From an uncultured archaeon (GTDB lineage Archaea > Altiarchaeota > Altiarchaeia > JAFGQM01), in NCBI GenBank assembly GCA_964592405.1, contig CAZQBY010000017.1, positions 6,412 to 17,296 of the forward strand: DNA of 10,885 nt. The letters run 5' to 3'. Made by a program: the position numbers and the translations under genes. The notes under the pieces were generated by a model. The model worked only from the letters and a program-made list of their open reading frames with translations. It had not been told where the DNA came from and ran no database searches. Positions 6,546 through 10,885 of the stretch are shown in pieces. Each line of letters starts with the position of its first letter. Position 1 is the stretch's first letter.

Positions 6546-7964
6546 ATGGAGATTCTTGATGAATACGACAACAAGAAAATCGTTCTTGGAGAGAAGGGCC
6601 TGCCAAAATATATAATAAAGCCATCGACGCTCACTGACTCTGAGATGAAGCTTCTGGAGAACAGTGACAAGCTTCTCACACAACTTGAGCTCCAGGCAAT
6701 CAGGAACGAAGCAGATGTTGAGATAAGGAAGAGGGTTCTGCAGGAGTATCTGAAGAGCAAGATACCCAAAACTCAAAACAGGGAGAAGCTCATAGAGTTG
6801 ATGATAAATCGTATAATAGGCTATGGGGCCCTCAGCGATTTCATGAGCGATCCAAATCTGGAAGAAATTATGGTCAATGGCGTCAACATACCGGTCTTTG
6901 TCTTCCACAAGAAGCATGGTATGTGCTCAACCAACGTGGTTTTTAACAGCAGGGAAGACATTTTCAAGATAATAAACCGCCTATGTTTTATACACGAGAA
7001 GGAACTTGCCCCCATAGTAGATGTCTCCGGCATAGATGGCAGCAGGATAAACATGACTACTGATCCCATTGCCATACACGGACCAACCCTGACCATAAGA
7101 AAGCAAAAGAGACATCTCCTGACAATAACTGAGTTGCTTCGCAACAAGACACTGGATATTGATGTAGCCTCCCTCCTCTGGTTGAGTGTGGACGGAATGA
7201 GGATGATACCTGCCAATCTTGTGATAGCTGGCATGATAGGGTCTGGCAAAACCACTCTTCTGAACGCGCTGGCAATGCTAACCCCTCCGGGGGACAGGAT
7301 AGTGACTATTGAGGAGACACCTGAATTACAGCTCAGCGGAAAGGAAAACTGGGTCCCACTGACAACCCAGAAGGGATATGATATGGAGATGCTTGTCAGA
7401 AACACCCTGAGGATGAGGCCCACCAGAATTGTGGTCGGAGAGATAAGAGGTAGTGAGGCGATGGCCCTTTTCAATGCCATGAATGTCGGTCATAAGGGGA
7501 TGGGAACCCTGCATTCCAGCTCTCCAAGGGAGGTCATCTATCGTTTAGAGAGCCCGCCGATGAATGTTCCGATGAGAATAATAGCCAATCTTGACCTCAT
7601 AGTCATTATGAATATCTTCAATTATCACGGACGCCCGGTCAGGAGAGTGACAGAGGTTGCTGAGGTCGGCGGACATGAGGGCGAGACTGTGCTACTTGGG
7701 ACTGTATTTCAGTGGGATCCAAAGAGAGACAGGGCCGTGGAAGGCAAGGAGATGACGCCCACCTCATATCTTGACAAACTCGCTGACAAGATGAAAGTTA
7801 GCAAGAGAGACATACTTCAGGAACTGAACAAGAGGAAGGCAGTCCTGATAAGTTTGGTCAATAACAGGGTTTTCAGCTACAACGAAGTCATTGCAGCCAT
7901 AGAGGAATTCTACCGAACCGAATCGCAAATTGGTGGGGGGAAGGTAAGCAAGGAGGCGACATAA
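6546..7964 (+). CDS. CpaF/TadA/VirB11-family type II/IV secretion ATPase
   Basis: 472 aa. Motifs: GYG-x-L...DPNLEEIMVNG, DGSRIN, GPTLTIRK, Walker A GMIGSGKT (nt 7230-7253), RIVTIEETPEL, LRMRP-x-RIVVGEIRG, His box GHKGMGTLH, RRVTEVAEV. Confidence 0.95.
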   Translation: MEILDEYDNKKIVLGEKGLPKYIIKPSTLTDSEMKLLENSDKLLTQLELQAIRNEADVEIRKRVLQEYLKSKIPKTQNREKLIELMINRIIGYGALSDFMSDPNLEEIMVNGVNIPVFVFHKKHGMCSTNVVFNSREDIFKIINRLCFIHEKELAPIVDVSGIDGSRINMTTDPIAIHGPTLTIRKQKRHLLTITELLRNKTLDIDVASLLWLSVDGMRMIPANLVIAGMIGSGKTTLLNALAMLTPPGDRIVTIEETPELQLSGKENWVPLTTQKGYDMEMLVRNTLRMRPTRIVVGEIRGSEAMALFNAMNVGHKGMGTLHSSSPREVIYRLESPPMNVPMRIIANLDLIVIMNIFNYHGRPVRRVTEVAEVGGHEGETVLLGTVFQWDPKRDRAVEGKEMTPTSYLDKLADKMKVSKRDILQELNKRKAVLISLVNNRVFSYNEVIAAIEEFYRTESQIGGGKVSKEAT

Positions 7965-7965
7965 C

Positions 7966-8475
7966 CTATTTTACAGAGTCTGTGATGCTTCTACCCCCCC
8001 TGTGCATAGCGGTAACCCCTGTCCTAGCAAGCTCCTTTATACCGTATGGTTGCATAAGTCCAATAAAGGCATTTATCTTATCCACGTCCCCGGTGATCTC
8101 TACTATCATGGAATCCTGGGAGACATCAACTATGCTGCCTCTGAATACATCCACATATTGGGCTATCTCCGTCCTCGCCTCAGCCTTTGAAGTACTGACC
8201 TTCACCAGGGCCAGCTCCCTAGAAACCGCATCCTTTTCTTTGAGGTCTCTAACCTTGATGACGGATATCAGCTTGTTGAGTTGTTTGACCACCTGCTCCA
8301 AGACGGCATTATCTCCCCTTACGGTTATTGTCATACGGGAATAGTTTGGATCCTTGTCAGGACCAACGCTGATATTGTCTATGTTGAATCCTCTTCTTGC
8401 AAACATTCCCGAAACCCTCTGCATGACTCCCGGTTTGTTTTCCACCAATGCCGAAAGCAGATGTGTTTTGGTCAT
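7966..8475 (-). CDS. ilvN: Acetolactate synthase small (regulatory) subunit
   Basis: ACT domain LVENKPGVMQRVSGMFARRGFNI, then RELALVKV and ELARTG. It shares an ATGA overlap with the ilvB stop. Confidence 0.97.
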   Translation of the reverse strand: MTKTHLLSALVENKPGVMQRVSGMFARRGFNIDNISVGPDKDPNYSRMTITVRGDNAVLEQVVKQLNKLISVIKVRDLKEKDAVSRELALVKVSTSKAEARTEIAQYVDVFRGSIVDVSQDSMIVEITGDVDKINAFIGLMQPYGIKELARTGVTAMHRGGRSITDSVK

Positions 8476-10172
8476 TCTAGCATCTCATGTAGTATCCCGC
8501 CGGGCGGAACCATCGGATATACGGCTTCGTCGCGGTCAACTGATATGTCTATTATTGCAGGCTTGCCGGATTTAAGGACCTCCTGCAGGGCATCCTGTAT
8601 CTCTCCCGGGCGTTCTATCTTCTTTGCCCAAGCGCCATAAGCCTCTGCAATCTTCTCGAAGTCCGGGTTATTCTTCAAGTCTGTGTGGGAATAACGTTCA
8701 TTATAAAACAACTGTTGCCACATGCGGACGTTGCCCAGCGCTGCATCGTTGAATATAACATTGATGACTGGCAGATCGTGGCAGATACATGTAGCCAGAT
8801 CCTGCATAGTCATCTGGAAACTACCATCTCCGGCCATATTCAGGACGCGGCAATCAGGGCGCGCAACTTGTGCGCCTATAGACATTGGAAAGCCGGCACC
8901 CATTGTGCCCAAACCGCCGGATGTCAGCCAGTTTCTTGGCTCTCTTATATTCATATAGTGCATAGTCCAAAGCTGGTTTCTCCCCACTTCTGTAGCTATT
9001 ATGGTATGTTTAGGATCCTTGTCAACTATCTTCTGCACCTCATGTATTATCCTCTGGGGTTTAATCGGGACGCAGTCAAAGCACACCTCCTGTTTGAATT
9101 CTTTTTTCCAAGCTTCTAGTTTCCTGCCCCATTCGGTATGCTTTTTCTTACGGGAAGCTTCTCTCTTGGCCGCCTTTTTGGCCATGACCAGCATATCCCG
9201 CATAATGAGTTTTGCATCGCCAACTATCGGAATATCGGCCCTAACATTCTTTCCTATCTCGCTTGGATCTATATCCGCATGGATGATTTTTGCCTTGGGA
9301 GCAAAATGTCTTGTGGAGCCGGTAATCCTGTCGCTGAAACGCGTACCTATGGCAAAGAGAACATCTGATTCCTGGATTGCCAGATTAGCCCATTTATTGC
9401 CATGCATACCAACCATACCAAGAGCCAAGGGATGGTCCTCCGGTATGGCACCCTTTCCAAGAGAAGTGGTGGTTATGGGAATTCCAAGGAGTTCTGCTAG
9501 GCTTCTCAGCTCCTTTGAGGCATTTGATATTATGACTCCCCCACCCGAGAGTATCAACGGCCGCTCTGCGTTCATCAGTTCTCTAACAGCCAGTTTTATC
9601 TGGCGGGGATGTGGCTTGAGGACAGGATTGTAGCCCTCAAAGGAAATTGTCTTTGGTGGATTGTAATTCTTTATCTCTGCACGCTGGATATCCTTTGGGA
9701 AATCTATCAGGACAGGTCCGGGCCTGCCGGTATTTGCAAGATAATATGCCCCCTTGACCGTTTTTGGAACATCATTTACATCTTCCAGCAGATAGTTATA
9801 TTTTGTTATGGGCATTGTTATGCCCACTATGTCCGCCTCCTGAAAGGCGTCTCCACCAATAGAGGTTGTAGGAACCTGTCCGGTGACTGCAACAACCGGA
9901 ATCGAATCTATGAAGGCGTCGGCTATTCCGGTAACCAAATTGCAAGCGCCGGGCCCCGAGGTGGCCATGCATGTCCCGGTCTTTCCTGATGCACGCGCAT
10001 AACCGCTGGCGGCGAAGACCGCAACCTGCTCATGCCTGCACGTTATATGCTGGATTCTGGAGTTGTCATAGAGGACATCATAGACATCCATGATGGCACC
10101 GCCGAGAATGCCAAAGATATGCTTAACGCCCTCCTTCTCCATTCCGCGTATGAGCGCCTCTGCCCCGTTCAT
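8472..10172 (-). CDS. ilvB: Acetolactate synthase large subunit, biosynthetic type
   Basis: Motifs MNGAEAL, RHEQ, ATSGPG, TGQV, DAFQE, GRPGPVLID, GMHG, RFSDR, SGGLGTMG, the ThDP motif GDGSFQM...FND, and a C-terminal VYPMVPPG. Confidence 0.97.
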   Translation of the reverse strand: MNGAEALIRGMEKEGVKHIFGILGGAIMDVYDVLYDNSRIQHITCRHEQVAVFAASGYARASGKTGTCMATSGPGACNLVTGIADAFIDSIPVVAVTGQVPTTSIGGDAFQEADIVGITMPITKYNYLLEDVNDVPKTVKGAYYLANTGRPGPVLIDFPKDIQRAEIKNYNPPKTISFEGYNPVLKPHPRQIKLAVRELMNAERPLILSGGGVIISNASKELRSLAELLGIPITTTSLGKGAIPEDHPLALGMVGMHGNKWANLAIQESDVLFAIGTRFSDRITGSTRHFAPKAKIIHADIDPSEIGKNVRADIPIVGDAKLIMRDMLVMAKKAAKREASRKKKHTEWGRKLEAWKKEFKQEVCFDCVPIKPQRIIHEVQKIVDKDPKHTIIATEVGRNQLWTMHYMNIREPRNWLTSGGLGTMGAGFPMSIGAQVARPDCRVLNMAGDGSFQMTMQDLATCICHDLPVINVIFNDAALGNVRMWQQLFYNERYSHTDLKNNPDFEKIAEAYGAWAKKIERPGEIQDALQEVLKSGKPAIIDISVDRDEAVYPMVPPGGILHEMLE

Positions 10173-10196
10173 GTCGGTTATTTTTGATGTGGAGGG

Positions 10197-10213
10197 ATAA
10201 AAATGGTTTTTAT
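10197..10213. promoter_or_regulatory. Symmetric bidirectional promoter core between ilvB and the wHTH gene
   Basis: ATAAAAA-TGG-TTTTTAT is a perfect 7-bp inverted repeat. Each strand reads an A-rich BRE-like tract followed by TTTTTAT, ending about 24 nt (ilvB) and about 29 nt (wHTH gene) before the ATG. Confidence 0.65.
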
Positions 10214-10242
10214 GTTTTGCTTGCTATTATAGCGAGATAAAA

Positions 10243-10590
10243 ATGGCCAAAGGACCAAGAAAAGGCGGACGGTTTACAGGCTTCAGGGGAACGGAAATGC
10301 AACATGCACGATTTGGACCCACACAGCTCAGAATATTGGAAACTCTTGCAAAAGAACGCGGCAGAGAACTCCACAGAAAAGAGCTGAGAAGAAAGGTAGG
10401 GATTCCCAGAGGGAGTTTTGATGCCGCTCTGCGCCGGCTTGTAGCCAGGAGGGCCGTGAGAATAGTGAATGCGCCGGATCTTCCTGTGCATGGAAATGTC
10501 GTGCTATGGCGACCGGGCTTCGCCGGAACGAATATCGCGGATAGAGAGGCATTCCATCAGCTAATAGTGAGGAGGATACGAGGGGGATAA
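10243..10590 (+). CDS. Hypothetical Arg-rich protein with a probable winged helix-turn-helix fold
   Basis: 115-aa ORF filling the gap between ilvB and the MGMT gene, with a well-spaced TATA. The pattern TQLRILETL...ELHRKELRRKVGIPRGSFDAALRRLVARRAVRI resembles MarR/TrmB/ArsR-like wHTH helices and wing. Confidence 0.65.
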   Translation: MAKGPRKGGRFTGFRGTEMQHARFGPTQLRILETLAKERGRELHRKELRRKVGIPRGSFDAALRRLVARRAVRIVNAPDLPVHGNVVLWRPGFAGTNIADREAFHQLIVRRIRGG

Positions 10591-10605
10591 GCTCTCAAAC
10601 TCAAA

Positions 10606-10884
10606 TCATATTTTGACGCCTTCGTTCCTAAGGAGTCTGATTTTTTCCTCCCTCCCGCGCGCATAGCCACCGGGGTCGCCGTCGCTTCGTATGACCCTGT
10701 GGCAAGGTATGGTCTTGGGTCTTCGGTCTCCGGCCTTCAGTTCCGGGTTCTTGTTCAGGATGTTGCCGACAGCACGATAGGCTGTTGGCCTGCCGGCAGC
10801 CTCCGCCACCTGCCTGTATGTCATGACCTGGCCTTTGGGTATCTTGGATACTACCTCATAAACCTTTTTAGAGAACTCGCTCAT
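10606..10884 (-). CDS. ogt: MGMT family protein (O6-alkylguanine-DNA alkyltransferase DNA-binding/catalytic domain)
   Basis: Motifs F-x3-VY-x-VV-x-KIPKGQVMTY-x2-VA, RAVG, active-site PCHRV, GGY, and LL-x2-EG. The ATG is at the window edge, so an upstream extension cannot be excluded. Confidence 0.9.
   Translation of the reverse strand: MSEFSKKVYEVVSKIPKGQVMTYRQVAEAAGRPTAYRAVGNILNKNPELKAGDRRPKTIPCHRVIRSDGDPGGYARGREEKIRLLRNEGVKI
10711..10738. repeat. Imperfect 7-bp tandem repeat x4 inside the MGMT gene
   Basis: GGTCTTG GGTCTTC GGTCTCC GGCCTTC. Confidence 0.7.
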
Positions 10885-10885
10885 T

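Noticed and set aside
6211-6615. 134-aa plus-strand ORF spanning the nnr / ATPase intergenic region
   Set aside because: It overlaps both flanking genes and reads through AT-rich promoter DNA with no family features.
6821-7480. 219-aa antisense ORF
   Set aside because: Antisense shadow of the conserved ATPase core.
9001-9633. 210-aa plus-strand ORF
   Set aside because: Antisense shadow of ilvB.
10191-10232. GGAGG-preceded 9-codon ORF MVFMFCLLL as an ilv attenuator leader peptide
   Set aside because: It is on the strand opposite to ilvB and overlaps the TATA boxes themselves, so it would not be transcribed from the predicted promoter. No terminator/antiterminator hairpins are present.

Overview
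Archaeal chromosomal window; an HMf-type histone, a BHB-intron tRNA and TATA/BRE promoters indicate this. From left to right: (1) a minus-strand tRNA-His(GUG) with an encoded G-1 and a 78-nt, three-hairpin intron at 37/38; (2) an exact 42-bp duplication that overlaps the tRNA 5' end, plus several other short duplications in the same intergenic region; (3) a type IV pilus/Tad-like module made of a long VirB11/PilB-type ATPase with a Cys-rich N-terminus and a TadC/GspF-like membrane protein; (4) an archaeal histone; (5) the bifunctional NAD(P)HX repair enzyme Nnr; (6) a second, stand-alone CpaF/VirB11-type ATPase; (7) acetolactate synthase ilvB-ilvN; (8) a very basic winged-helix-like protein divergent from ilvB across a symmetric bidirectional promoter; (9) a single-domain MGMT/Ogt protein with a loop insertion that coincides with a short tandem repeat. 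Most coding content belongs to known families. The least explained signals are non-coding, chiefly the tRNA intron and its duplicated self-complementary leader. All calls come from motif recognition by eye; no searches were run.
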